Position numbers and translations under genes: made by a program. Below are positions 1-12,357 of a stretch of DNA of 64,000 nucleotides, piece by piece (the stretch's first letter is position 1; every line of letters starts with the position of its first letter). The notes below the pieces were generated by a model. That model had not been told where the DNA came from. It did no database searches and saw nothing but the letters and a program-made list of their open reading frames with translations. Origin of the DNA: Felis catus (lineage: Eukaryota); assembly GCF_018350175.1 (NCBI RefSeq), contig NC_058368.1:85872001-85936000 (forward strand), written 5' to 3'.

Positions 1-320
1 TATTAAACAAAACAAAGCAGAAACCATTATTAAATACGGAAAGCAAACTGATAGTTGTTATAGGGGATGTGGTGGGGATGAAACAGGTAAAGGCAATTAA
101 AAGTTTTCATTCTCTAGGTACAAAAGAAATAAAGCATGGTTATGTAATATACTCCATATGGAATGTACTCAATTGTACTGTATAAATTTTGGATGGCAAT
201 ATATAATAGACTCATTTTGCCTATGATTTAATAAAATATGTAAGCATAGAAACACTGTGTTTTATACCAGAAACTAATAAAGTACATCATATCAATTATT
301 CTTCCATTAAAAAATAAAAA
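1..320 (+). mobile_element. Old LINE-1 3' UTR fragment ending in an A-rich tail
   Basis: Resembles L1M-type 3' UTR (gaaactaataaagtacat...atcaattattcttccattaaaaaataaaaa); recognised by eye only. Confidence 0.55.
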
Positions 321-431
321 TTTTCCTGGGTGAATAAAGGTTTAAGATATTCACATTTTGTACTCTCCTAAGCATAGGTATGAGATACAGAAATATATAC
401 TTTACTCTCATTCTCTTTGAGTGACTTCATA

Positions 432-1186
432 TGTTGTAGACTCTAAGTCTAAACACTTCTCTCTTGGCCACAAGAGAGTGGTACACAGGATGAAAAGCGA
501 GGGATGGCTAATGTCGGGAAAAGATGGGACCCCCAAATAAGGGTCCTCGCTCCATTTTCATTAGGATCAGAAGGCTTACAAACATGGTGATGGACGTGCA
601 CAAAGAGACAATGAAACTGTGAACATTAACTTAGGGACATGCGGGAAAGGGAGTCTTGAAGATATTCTGGGCTAAGGGTTTGCATTAATACAAAACTAAA
701 TCTTGGTGCCGGTCAGGAAGAAGGTTATTTACAGAGGACAGGAGGACCACCCCTGTTTATCCTAGCTAGCCTAGGGGATGAGACAGGTAGGACACATGAT
801 CTCAGGGTTAATAAGTGCACCTTTTCTTTTCTTAAGCATCTCCACTCGAGAAAGCTTCATCTGCAGTGCAGTGCAGCTGTGTATAGCACAATTTCCCTGT
901 TTACTTAAGTTGGTCCTTCCCTCCTGTGGAAGCAGCTTTCTGCTATCATACTACATTGGGGGGAGTTTTTGCCCTGAATGCTTAACCTTGCTTACCTTAT
1001 ATACCTTTGTATTGTGGGTTTTTGTCCCTCACTCTATTCTGGGTGTTTTTGCATCTGCCTCTCTATCCTCGCATCCTAATCTTGTTTACCCAAACTCAGG
1101 TGTGAGCACCCTATGGCTTTGTATTTCTTTTTGCCTTGTTAACCCATTGGTATAAGCCCAAAGAGTTTCTAAGCTTATTCCCCACA
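432..1186 (-). repeat. 3' LTR of provirus
   Basis: Starts tgttgtagactctaagt and ends aagcttattccccaca; homologous along its length to 6762-7532; purine-rich tract precedes it on the minus strand. Confidence 0.88.
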
Positions 1187-1499
1187 GTTCCTGTTTTTGT
1201 TTCTTTGTTTGTTTTTCTTGGTTCTTCTAGTTTTGTATTTGAGAACCATCATAATAAGCTCCTGGTTCTTCCTTTGCTTTTGGGTGGCCTGAAGAGTAAT
1301 TCTGCAAAGACATAAAAGGAGGCATAGTAAAAACATTCTACTTCTTAGAGTTATTCAGAATTTGAGATGGGTGCTAGCCATAAGTGAGAAATGATTTAGG
1401 TCACATCACATTTCCCAGGAATCAGCCCATTCATTTTTAAGCTGATCCTCTGCATATTGTAGCTGTTGGCTCAATGTCATATCTAAATTTCTATATTGT

Positions 1500-3120
1500 C
1501 GAGAGGTGGGAAGAAAAGACACTGTGAAGGTGTGTCTGGACAGCATCCCAAGACTGGGAATGATTATAAGGAATTCCAGTCATGCAAATATGCTGGTAGT
1601 TAGGGTCACAGGGCAGTTTAGAGTGGAGAAACAAAGCCTCCTGTTCCTTTCTAATAAATTACACTGTAGCCTCAAGAGCCTTGAGGGAGGCCAAGACTTG
1701 TTTATCAGTGGAGATCTGGCTTAATAAATTCTGTGGTAGTGTTGACCATAAATTTATTAAGGACATTGGCTGTCTGGATAGTATGATGTAAGCTGACTCA
1801 AGATGCAGAGGCAGAGGCGATAATGCCTACTGCTGCTGCTAGGATGCCCATGATTAACAGGCCATTTTTTTTTCCATACAGCAGAGTGCCAGTGTTGAAT
1901 AAGCTTGGAACAAGCACCTAGTCTTGATGGATGCATATAGATATCAGAGCTATTAATAGGAACCCAGGCTGAGATGCGCTAAGTACTAATAAGGAGGAGA
2001 TATTTAATTGGATGATATTATTATTACTTACACAAGACACAAACCAGCCTTGGGAAGTAGAGATATTATAATTATTTCCAAGTTGCCAGATCTGTAAGGT
2101 GGAGGTAGCAAAAAGAATGTAGAGAGAAGGGACACAAATAGCGGTCCATTGTACAGGGAGGCCCAAGTTAGGTTAACATGCCATTTTACATAAATTTCAC
2201 CGTGGCTAATAGTACAAGTGAAGAGGGGAAGACCTAGCGTCCAAAGATTAACAAGACAAGATTCTTTAATTTTACTTTATAAGCAGAAATTATAGGGTCA
2301 GACAAACCTCCATCTTTTCAAAAAATACTCTCCTTACTAAACTGGTAAAAGGATATGGTCTTATTAGAATATATTGTTTCAAGATGTCCTCTAGGACCCA
2401 TGTCAATAATAGTCCAATTTCCCCAGTAAAGATTATGATCAGTCTCTCCATAGCAGTTTGTCTGAGGAATAATGTTCCAGGGGTGGTCTGAATATTTGAG
2501 ACTAGAGCAATCTACAACATTAGGAGTGTGAGATATGTTTTTTGTTGAGGTATACCAAAACTTGCAGCTGAGAAAAAAGTAATATTGTCTGGGCTTGTAG
2601 AGGTTTAGGGCTGTACATGTAAAAGCTAGTTGGTTTTTAGTTTAAGGAAAGCAGATAAGTTGTTGAGTTTAGAAACACACATAGGAGGTGCTGAAGTAAG
2701 CCACCATTGAGGTCTTAGCATATAAAGCCAATGCTTTTGTTCAGCTTGGAAGGGAGGGTTAAGATTGGCTCCTCCCATGAACTCAGTGTCATTTTTGCTA
2801 ATAGGAATATCCTGGTCTAGGAGTGTTAGGCTATCAAATATAGGTGGGTTAAGGAAATGAGCCCAATATGAATATGGAGCTTGGCATGGACAAAAGAGGG
2901 CAAGGAGTATCATCAGAGTTACCCATATTGAATTTCTGTCAATGATGGAGATCATGGCTATCAGGTGCAAGTCAGGGGTGTATGCAGTACCATTGTGTTG
3001 TAAGAGGATGCTGGCCTGTTTAGACAGGTGTTTAAGGCTGCCCCGTATTATATCAGGAGCAAGGACTTGCTTTTGTGGAGTGGTTTCAGGATGAGGAGTC
3101 CATGAAGAGGCTTCTTCCAT
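1500..3120 (-). pseudogene. env: ERV env remnant (SU N-terminus and TM fusion-peptide region)
   Basis: ORF 2626-3120 has a signal-like hydrophobic stretch then YSYWAHFLNPPIFDSLT, like the betaretroviral SU start; ~1760-1865 reads GLLIMGILAAAVGIIASASAS*VSLHHTIQTANVLN, a fusion-peptide-like segment; stops and frameshifts present. Confidence 0.8.
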
Positions 3121-3199
3121 CTTGAAGAAGAGGGCCAGTGACTACTCACTCAGTCATTCTCTGGAAGTCTTGGTTCATTGGAACATATCCTAGGGGTCT

Positions 3200-3585
3200 C
3201 CACCCTGCCACAGTATGGCTTCACCAACTGACAGGGGATCCACAGTGGTTCGGAATCTGAAAGAACACAACCATACCCTCAACTCCAGGTGAGAAGTTTA
3301 GTGGGCCCAGACCATGTGCACCCCCCTTCAGGGGTCTTGTACAACACCATAGGGTGAGAGGGCTTATCTTATTTTGAAGAATATCACTCAGCTACAGTTA
3401 GTCCTTGAGGATTAAGATTTTTAAAGTTAAGAGTAATCATAGTATAATTAAGAAGGAGCTGAGGTTTTAATGCAAACAACCAGGGGTATCTCCCCCTTTT
3501 TGTTTTATGTAACATGTTTTTGAGCATAATATATGCTCATTTTAAAATTGTTTCGCTTTGTGGATTATAAGGAATAGGTAATTCT
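3200..3585 (-). pseudogene. pol: ERV integrase C-terminal remnant
   Basis: Minus strand reads PIPYNPQSETILK*AYIMLKNML (GIPYNPQGQ motif) and WSGPTKLLTWS*GYGCV...PLWIP (W-x-GP...WGRGYACV motif). Confidence 0.75.
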
Positions 3586-4517
3586 AACCAAGGTTTAAGT
3601 AAAGCAACTTAAAAGGATGTGTTGTCTTGTTGTTTTACCCTTTTAATTAAAATTATATTCATTTTCTTATTTACTTATTTATTTATCGCCATTAACAAAA
3701 ATGTATTTTTTCTCTGGTTGTCATAGGATGCATTAATTTTATTTAAGCTCAACAGTAACTTACTTATTGATCATTGGCAATTGAAGGAGGGGACTAAAGG
3801 GCCAAAGTCAAGGTCTATCCCCCTGTTTTCTCAACAATGCCCACATAAATATGTTTCATCCATGTGGACATCCATTTGTGGCATACAATGGACTAAGTTT
3901 AGTAAAATGGCTCCCATGTATCTTAGTAAAAACTCTTCATATATCATCCATCCCTCACATGCCATAGGCACCCATTCCTCTGCTAAACAGGAACAACACA
4001 AATGTGGAATACTGAGGCTGGCAACCTCATTTTGATGAGTATTGTCATTATTTTACCAGCCTTTGGAAAAAAAGGAGGAGGAATTATAATTGTAGCCCTG
4101 TGTACTTTTAAAATCCATTTGTTTTAACCTTAGTCCTTCCTGTCCATACATAAAATTTATTTTTAAAGATTTTTCTTTACAAACATTCTACAACTTTTCT
4201 TTGCATTTAGATTTTGTCCCAAGACATTTTTCTCCAAGTAACCAGTCTCATTTAGGACAAAATTACTTTATTTTACCTTCAACAAAAATATAGTTCCATT
4301 TCTTATATTTTCTTTCATATCTCCTACTTTTCTAGATACAGAGTTGCTTTTCTTATTTTTATCAGTTTTAACTACATTTAGCAGAATTTTAACTGTTAGA
4401 AACCTTAGTCTCTACTGAAAACTAAGAAGTGATCAATTGTGAATTGTCTGTTACATCAGAAAAAAAATAGGTGGTAAACTTATGAATCCTTTAAACATAA
4501 AGCATGAATTTAAACAT

Positions 4518-4552
<35 letters not shown>

Positions 4553-5043
4553 TTTTAAGAAGTCAGAAACATAAATCCATATTTAGTAGGCAAAGCTTTA
4601 TCATTCCATTTGATTTGAAAGAGATCTACATGTCCAATGAACTCAATTCAATTTATCATTTATTTAAAATGTTAAAGGTTTAGGTCACCAAAGACACTGA
4701 AAGCTATCTTAACAATTACCTATGAAAACTATGAGGCAAACAAAGTTAACCATTATTTTAAGTTATCCTTTTGTTAATAAATTGGAAGAGAGATAACATG
4801 AGCTTATTTGAACTTAAGTAAACCTTAGTAGAATAAAGTTTTATAATTTGAAAGACATGCCTATATTAATAATATTTCATCTATGTCCCCTTAAAAGTTT
4901 ACCACTGTTAATATTTTCCCATGGAACCAGTGAAGAAATCTAAAATTTAAGGGGGTATTTTTTTTTTTTTTTTTTTTGCTTTTTGATAGCCTGGGGAGAA
5001 GGAGTTGATGACCTCTGAGGTATTGAAGAGATGAGCAGATACC

Positions 5044-5075
<32 letters not shown>

Positions 5076-5399
5076 GTTTTGTTTTCAACTAGTGGAATTA
5101 GGCAGTATATGTCAGGCCAGAGAAGACTGGGAAGTTCCCAGAAACAAAAGGAGTTTTGGCAGCTGCTTAGAAATATTCCTTAAAATCTCCATTCCAAGGT
5201 ACACTAGGCAGAGACAATTGGCTCTATTCATCATAGTCTTTAATTCAGGAAATGAATGAGAGAGAGGCCCTTAGATGTAATTAGAGTAACCAGAGAGCAT
5301 AGGGAGAAATGGTGAGAGAGAGGGAAAGAGTTAGAGTCTCCTATATTAGGGATAGCCTGTGTAAAATACACTGCACTATTTCAGCGCATTGCTTTACTG

Positions 5400-6290
5400 A
5401 CATAATTGGAGGTGGGCTTGCTACCTTGGTTGGGAATACTGCCTCGTGTCAGACAATTGTTCAAAAGACACCAGAATAGCAGCAGCAAAGTTCTGCATAG
5501 CACAAGCCACACAAGCATCATGAAATTCCTGAGCAAAGACAGCATATTGGGCTGAAATCAGGATGATTTTCATGAGACAGCCCCAGCAACAGACACACTT
5601 GGAATAAGTGCCACAAATAGTTTCCAAAATACCTATCGTAAAAGGGATATGAAGGTGGTAGAGTTGAACTGCTTTCTGTAATTCCTTTACTGTTTGGAAG
5701 GGCAAGCTTTCATGGACATATTGTCCATTTTGCCTCACAACAGGAAACAGCCAGGATTCACAGGCCTTATGGACTTCTTTAAGGCACTTTTGCATTGGGG
5801 TAAGGACCTTATCAGAGTCGGTTGATGAAGTTTTTTGAGGCTCGATGTCGTCCCACCTTTTGGGGGGAGTAGGAGTATCTGTTGGCTGTAAAAGTGCCAG
5901 AAGCACAGCCTGATAATAGGTGGACCAAGGTTTTCCATTCATCTTAGATAACTCTATATCTTCATATACGTTGTCTGAGCTCAAGGGGAGAAGGCAGTGC
6001 AGATGACGGACCAAGTGAGGTTTACTTCAGGGGGGCATTAGCCCCTTAAGAATGCCTGGCCTTTAATATTTTCCCTACTCATTCCCACACATCAAAATCG
6101 TAAGTTCCTGGTTTGCGGAACCAAGGGCAATTTTGTTGGACAGCCAGCAACAATTTAAGGAGAGCCTTATAGTTTGAGTGAGTCATCCTTGCTGTCTCTC
6201 CTAGTGACTGAAGAATTCAAATATAGAGCTTTTGTTCAGGGGCTAGAGAGTCAAGAGCTAGGGAGTTTCCTATGGGAGATCTTTCAGAGA
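5400..6290 (-). pseudogene. gag: ERV gag remnant (matrix to capsid N-terminal domain)
   Basis: ORF 5421-6014 contains FPVVRQNGQYVHESLPFQTVKELQKAVQLY...PFT, matching the betaretroviral capsid start; upstream matrix-like sequence is broken by stops. Confidence 0.75.
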
Positions 6291-6388
6291 GTTCTGCAAC
6301 AGAGAATCCTAATATAGTTTCACTTTATCTCTTACCTCAGCAGGTAGAGACTATACCAGACGTGTTTTTTTTTTCTTGGAGCTTCTTT

Positions 6389-6416
6389 TTTTTTAAATTT
6401 TTAATATTTCTTTATT

Positions 6417-6468
<52 letters not shown>

Positions 6469-6638
6469 AGAGAGAGAGCAGTGGAGGGGCATAGAGAGAG
6501 GGACACACAGAATCCCAAGCAGGCTCCAGGCTCTGAGATGTCAGCACAGAGCCTAATGTGGGACTTGAACCACAAACTGTGAGATCATGAACTGAGCTGA
6601 AGTCTGATGCTTAACTGACTGAGCCACCCAGGTTCCCC
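6389..6638 (-). mobile_element. CAN-SINE inserted in the provirus leader
   Basis: tRNA-derived head, (GA)n tract and T-rich tail on the + strand; flanking direct repeat ttttcttggagcttctt on both sides. Confidence 0.9.
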
Positions 6639-6742
6639 TTTTTCTTGGAGCTTCTTACCTGTTTCATGGCATCCTACACTCCTTGTGTCTCACCTCCTGA
6701 CCATGTTGGCTCCTTGCCCACATTGGCCAGTAGTTCCTTCTA

Positions 6743-6759
6743 TCATGTTGGGATCACCA
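6743..6759 (-). other. Degenerate primer-binding site, probably tRNA-Lys type
   Basis: TGGTGATCCCAACATG follows the 5' LTR on the minus strand and resembles TGGCGCCCAACGTGG after CpG decay and a small indel. Confidence 0.45.
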
Positions 6760-6761
6760 TC

Positions 6762-7532
6762 TGTCATAGGTTCTAAGTGTAACATTCTCTCTTAGCCAGC
6801 AAGAGAGCGGGGTGAAGGATGAAAACCGAGAGATAGATAATGTCCTGGAAAAGACAAGAGCCCCAAATAAGGGTCCTTGCTCCATTTTCATTAGGACCAA
6901 GAGGCTTACAAACATGTTGATGGATGTGCACAGAGACAAGGAAACTGTGAACATTAACTTGGAGACGTGAGGGAAAGGGACTGGAAGGTATTCAGGGTTA
7001 GGGGTTTGGGTTAATACAAAACAAAATCCTGGTTTCAGGAAGTCAGGTGGTTGGTTGTTTACAGCAGACATGAGGCACCACCTCTGTTTATCTTAGTTAG
7101 CTTAGGGGATGAGACAGGTAGGACATGTGATCTCAGGCACCTTTTCTCTTGTTAATCACCTATGCTCTGGGTAGCTTCATCCACAGTGCAGCGCAGTGGT
7201 CTATAGCCCAATTTACCTGTTTACCTAACTTGGTGCTTCCCTGCTGTGGAAGCAGCTTTCTGCTACAGTACTAAAGGGGAGTGTTTTTGCTCTGAACACC
7301 TAATCTTACTTACCTCATATATCTTTGTATTGTGGGCCTTTGCCCCCCTCTCTATTCTGGGTGTTTTTGCACCCCCTCTCTATTATGGATGCCTTTGCAC
7401 ACCACTCTCTCTCTTGGGGACCTAATCCTGTTTATCCAAACTCGGGTGTGAGAATCCTATGGGTTTGTACTTCTTTATGCCTTTTTAACCCATTGGTGTA
7501 AGCCCAGGGAATTTCTAAGCTTATTCCCCACA
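6762..7532 (-). repeat. 5' LTR of provirus
   Basis: Homologous to 432-1186; adjacent to the PBS-like motif; carries an extra ~30-bp internal tandem copy near 7343-7410. Confidence 0.88.
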
Positions 7533-7964
7533 TTCCTACAATGGTCATATCTATAATATTTAATGTAAGAGAAATAATGATTGAAACTGTTTCAAAACTT
7601 TGAAATGAGATGGTAATATTTGTTACAGAGTTGTGCTTTGGAGACACTTGATGGAGGGCAGCTCAGAAGTACTAAATACCCAAGAGATCACACTCTTCTC
7701 TGGAGAATATCACCCTCGGTGGTGCTGGAGGGTCATGACTCAGACCTCTCTGAATCATGGTACAGGTTCTCAAACTCTGTCAAGTATCTCTACTGGGTCA
7801 AAGTTGTATTTATTTATTATCCAGCTGCATAGCACTTGGATCACACACACAAAATACATAGTTTCCAAATTCCACCTGTCATGTGCTGAACCACCTTCAC
7901 AGAGCAATGAAATGTCAGAATTTTTAGTTTCACTCTCTAACTTACTTGTGTTTCCTTCTTAAAG

Positions 7965-7985
7965 GTAAACTCCAGGAAGAATATG
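7965..7985 (+). CDS. 21-nt phase-1 heptad micro-exon A0, (G)KLQEEY
   Basis: ctctaac branch-like site, pyrimidine tract and aag acceptor; GTAAACTCCAGGAAGAATATG; consensus gtaagt donor. Confidence 0.75.
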
Positions 7986-9129
7986 GTAAGTCATTAATTA
8001 CTTCCTTGTGTTTTTTGGATTTATCTCGATATCAAAAGATAAGATTTGTTAAAAAGAATATTTAGGAGAAAAACATTTGGTAAAGATAGAAGGAAATAAA
8101 TACTGATTACGAATTTGGGGTTGTGCATTTCCTTATCTTTGTCTTCATTAAGTTAAGTTTCCATGAGCTCTGTTGGATCATTGGGTGTATAATACCAAGG
8201 AGTTTGCAAGTATTGCTTTGATTCTACAGAGAGGAGAAGCTGGTTAATACCTGGGCAAAATAGAAAAGGAAGGTCTGCAGTAACCCACCAGAAATCCTGA
8301 ACAGGCACATGGTGCTACATTTCAATGCAGAGCACAGCCTGGTCCACCATCCAAATCTCTACTAATGTTACCCATTCTCATTTTTTGTTGGCTAGTTTCC
8401 AGCATACATTGAACTTGCCAATCCATGTCATTGAAACTGAGAAAAGCAAGCTTGTGTCAAATGCAAGTGTAGAATCTTTTTTTCTCTTCTGCATTTTCAA
8501 AACATCCTCATGTTTTGAGGATTCTTTCTAGCCTCCTCTGACCCCCTCACATTTTAAATCTTTCCTCATGTGCTACAGACGAGTTTCCAAGGTATGAATG
8601 GGTGTTTGTATTATCATCAGTGTATGCACTCTCTGAAGTGTCGGGGAAAATTCATGTCTTTCAATGCAAGGAATTCTTCTTGGCATGAATGATGAAGACT
8701 GATTCACTGTAACAGGTTATTCCTGACTCTGGATATATTCCTCTCTCAAAGGCTCGCTCATCCTGTCCCAGTCTCTTGAAGTACAGATCCCATGTGTAAT
8801 CCGGATGAACTTTCTTAGGGAATATCCTATCATGAGCTCCACACAATCAACAGATGGAGGGACATAGACCAACTTAGTTCTTGTAGAAAGGAAACTGTAG
8901 ACAATGGAATTATGAGCATATTTCATGATACTCCAGAGTCCCTTAGAAAAAGTCTGTTTGAGATGATGGACACAAGTCCTGCTTCTTTTTCCTCTTCTCC
9001 AGCTCTTATTTTTACATATTGCTTAATATTGTACCAAGTCAGAGGTTGAAAGATTTTAGTAAAGTCTATTTCTTTAGAAATTCTTCTATATATACTTTGT
9101 TGAATATTATATATTTTGTTTTTACACAG

Positions 9130-9150
9130 AACTCTTAACTGAACAGAAAG
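9130..9150 (+). CDS. 21-nt phase-1 heptad micro-exon B0, (E)LLTEQK
   Basis: ttttgtttttacacag acceptor; AACTCTTAACTGAACAGAAAG; gtgagt donor. Confidence 0.7.
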
Positions 9151-9789
9151 GTGAGTAGTATTTGCATATATTTTAGAGGCAAACATCATAGAAAAATATA
9201 CTCGATCAACTAAAATTTAGCAAACGATTTCTATATCATAAACTATCAATTCCTTCAATTGGTCTCCCTGTATAACATTAGTTAGTTATCAGTTGAAACT
9301 AATTTGTTTCTGGTAATGTTATAAATCATAGGTTGTGTAACCAATTTTCATTTAAATGCAGTCACACTGTGGCATTTTTGTTGAAATATTTTATCTGTTT
9401 ATTACATATTTGTTTTTAAGGGCCGAAGAAAGTATTCAGATATTCCTTTATGATTTTTTTCTACTATGACTTCCAAAATGCATAACCATACCTGAATTTT
9501 GATCGTCAACTTGGTTTCTGCTAATTCCTAACTTCTTTATAATTAAATATTTATTGATGCTAATTTGTACTTTATGTGATAAGACAACAACTAAATATAT
9601 AACAATCAAATTTTCGCTCTTTAAAAAAGATTTACATTTTTCCGTGTTATATGTAAAATTGTTAAATATGATCTTCATGTGTTTTGATATTCTGTATCCA
9701 GGTTGTTTTGTTTGTTTTGATTTTTTTTTTTTTTGTAACACTTGGCCTTTTTATTTAAGAGAAACTCGACTTTGTTACTTAAAAAAATA

Positions 9790-9993
9790 ATTTTTTAATG
9801 TTCATTTTATTTATTTTGAGAGAAAGATTGAAAGAGCAGGGGAGAGGCAGAGAAAGGGGGATAGGAAGGATCTCAAGCAGGCTCTGTGCTGTCAGTGCAG
9901 AGCTATGGGGACTCTAACTCAGGGACCATGAGATCATGTCCTGAGCTGAAGTCAAGAGTCAGATGCTCAAGTGACTGAGCTGCCAAGGTGCCC
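9790..9993 (-). mobile_element. Older CAN-SINE
   Basis: Diverged SINE head (gactgagctgccaaggtgccc) with T-rich tail; same insertion seen at ~17504-17708. Confidence 0.8.
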
Positions 9994-11186
9994 TAGGGGC
10001 ATGTTTCTTAGTGATTTTATCTCTGTGCCTTTGCACTTGTTTTTCTCTATTCCTGAAATGCTTTATTTCTGTGTTCATGTCACAATTAACTCTGCTTTCC
10101 CTGTGGGAACTTGGTGAACGATCACGACCACAGAGAGGGATCTGAGTACTCTATGGAATCCCACAGCCATGCAGTCTCTCATTATTGCTTAGCATGGTGC
10201 TTTGTGCATGTGACAGGTCAGAGTTCTGTGTCCTCCTTTACTGAAGGAGCCTGATCCGTGCAGAGCTAAGGGCAGCCAGTCCACAAATATTTGTTGAGTG
10301 GAAGAAATGATTTTTATTCATATTTTTTGTCGTTTTCTGTTTGTTTTCCTCCTTGGTTTTCTAGATTATGTAGGAAAAGAGAACAATATTTCCATTGCTA
10401 TCCTGTTCGATGGCTTAAAGATCACATAACACCTAAATTACAGAATCACATAGGTGAAAATTAATCTCTTACATTGGCTTCATCTCATAGTGGTCTGAAA
10501 CTCATGTCTTTGGACATACAACTCTGGGTCAGGTAAGGCAAGGTGAAGAATCTTTTCTTCACATTTCTGGCAGCTGTGCCAGAAATGGGCTTGCCCAGGA
10601 GACTTCCAGTTAGGATCTATGTGACCTCAGGACAACCATGTGGAGTGTGGATTTCATACCCCATGTGTGGATATAAATGGGGTGGGAGTTGGGAGGTAGC
10701 AACTTGATGAATACAGCAAAATCCTCCTTAAATGAAAGAGTCAGTATTTGAGCATTTAAGCACACAGATGACCCTCATGTGAGACCAATTTTTCTCCTTC
10801 GCTCCACCAACCCACACTCCTATACTCAGTTATCTTTCTTGGAGGATCCACAAGCTTCATGGGAAGTGAGAGGCAGTAGCAGACCTGAGGCAGAAGTGGC
10901 AAGGGACATTGCATGGCCTGGACAGTTAAATATTCAAAATATGCATCAGAAAAATAATTTGGCATAGTTTATTTGCAAGGATAATGGTGACATTTAATGA
11001 GATTTGTACCTTGCATGAACTTAATGATTTCCAAGTTATTCTACCAACCAGTTTTAAAGGCACATAGAACTATGTGTAGTATAGTCATATTTGGTCAAAT
11101 GTTTAATAAATATCTATTGTGAAGTTGCACTTATTTCAATGAATGAGGTACTTTCCAGGAAACATACTATACTATTGCTTACTTAA

Positions 11187-11425
11187 GACACTTCCTGGGG
11201 CACCTGGGTGGCTCAAATCCCTTGGGCGTCTAACATCAGCTCAGGTCCTGATCACAGGCTTTGTGAGTGGGAGCCCTGATTCAAGCTCTGTACTGACAGG
11301 TTGGACCCTGTAGCCTGCTTCAGATTCTGTCTCCCTCTCACTCTGCTCCTTTGCTCTCTCTCTCTCTCTCTCTCTCTCTGTCTGTCTCTTTCTCTCAAAA
11401 AGAAATAAACATTAATTATAAAAAA
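11187..11425 (+). mobile_element. CAN-SINE
   Basis: ggggcacctgggtggctca head, (CT)n tract, A-rich tail; imperfect flanking repeat aagacacttc/aagaaacttc. Confidence 0.85.
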
Positions 11426-11795
11426 TAAAGAAACTTCTCAAAACAGGGCTAAGGAAGACATTTGCTAACTCTTTGAAATAATAAAAAAAAGAGAGAGAGA
11501 AAGAGTGTTATGATGTGTTTGAGGGTAAAATCCATAGGAATTGCATTTCATCTTAAGTATGCTGCCATGTAGAGTTTATTCTGGAGGACAAATCAGCAAT
11601 AATTTAATAATTCCAGATTAATTTAAGATACAGTTGGTAGGTTTCCACGACTGTATGACTAAACAGCCTGTGGTTTGGAACATTTTAAGATGTGTATCAG
11701 GAAACCACCTACTTATTGTCAAAACTCCAAAACAGATGTCTTGAGTTTATTTGGTTCGCATTAAGGATTCATTACTTGAGCTGAGTATGCTAAAG

Positions 11796-11816
11796 ACTCC
11801 ACCTTCTTAATGCAAG
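11796..11816 (+). other. Candidate 21-nt micro-exon D0, (D)STFLMQ
   Basis: Exactly 21 nt between AG and a strong caag|gtaagt donor, but the pyrimidine tract is poor; array copies have a gtcggt donor. Confidence 0.3.
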
Positions 11817-12336
11817 GTAAGTAAAACATACCGTCATTCTGAGGAAATCCTCCGTTCTCACTTATTTTTTTTTCTTTTTTGTTTTTTACTTTTTTTAATT
11901 CTTCATTTTCTGCTTATCAGCTTCCCAATACTAGAAATGATCTCGTGCTAAAATGCGGTCCGTAAGGCCACTTTAACACTACCCTCTTATCTTGGAAAGG
12001 ATGGATGCAATTTTTAGGTCCTTAGCACCTATTTTCTCAAATTTCAGACCTCATCTAAAAGAGACGTTTTTTAATATCCTCTCTTGTATCTATATAAATG
12101 CATTTACAAGTCAAATAATATATTTTTAAATTTTGTGTTATTTTAGTATTGTTATCAATTATTATTATTATTCAGTAAATACATATCTCTTTCTATGTCA
12201 GAGAAATATACTGGATCGTCAAGTTTCTGGGTGTCTGTTTTCAAATGTGGACCAAGTTCTGGGACAGATTTTCCATGAATAGGGATAGGAAGACACTTTC
12301 TAACATACTTTTTTGTTTGTTTCTTTCTTTATGTAT

Positions 12337-12357
12337 GGAAAATAGAAGAAGAGAACG
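12337..12357 (+). pseudogene. Heptad micro-exon F0, (G)KIEEEN, acceptor mutated to AT
   Basis: Homologous to 19523-19543; strong gtaagt donor but preceded by tat instead of tag. Confidence 0.6.

Larger units (their letters stand above)
432..7532 (-). mobile_element. Decayed betaretrovirus-like (ERVK class) provirus with two LTRs
   Basis: Two homologous TG...CA-bounded LTRs; 6-bp flanks TTCATA (426-431) and TTCCTA (7533-7538), one mismatch; gag, integrase and env remnants in retroviral order on the minus strand. Confidence 0.9.

Noticed and set aside
778..1155. 125-aa ORF inside the LTR as a possible accessory gene
   Set aside because: Antisense to the provirus and not preserved as an ORF in the other LTR.
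8686..8726. ATGATGA...CTGA resembling C/D-box snoRNA motifs
   Set aside because: Spacing too short, no terminal stem, and the C box is altered in array copies.
11758..11813. Inverted repeat gcattaagg...tcttaatgc as a possible pre-miRNA repeated in the array
   Set aside because: Only a short terminal stem, poor internal pairing, stem altered in array copies, and no mature miRNA recognised.
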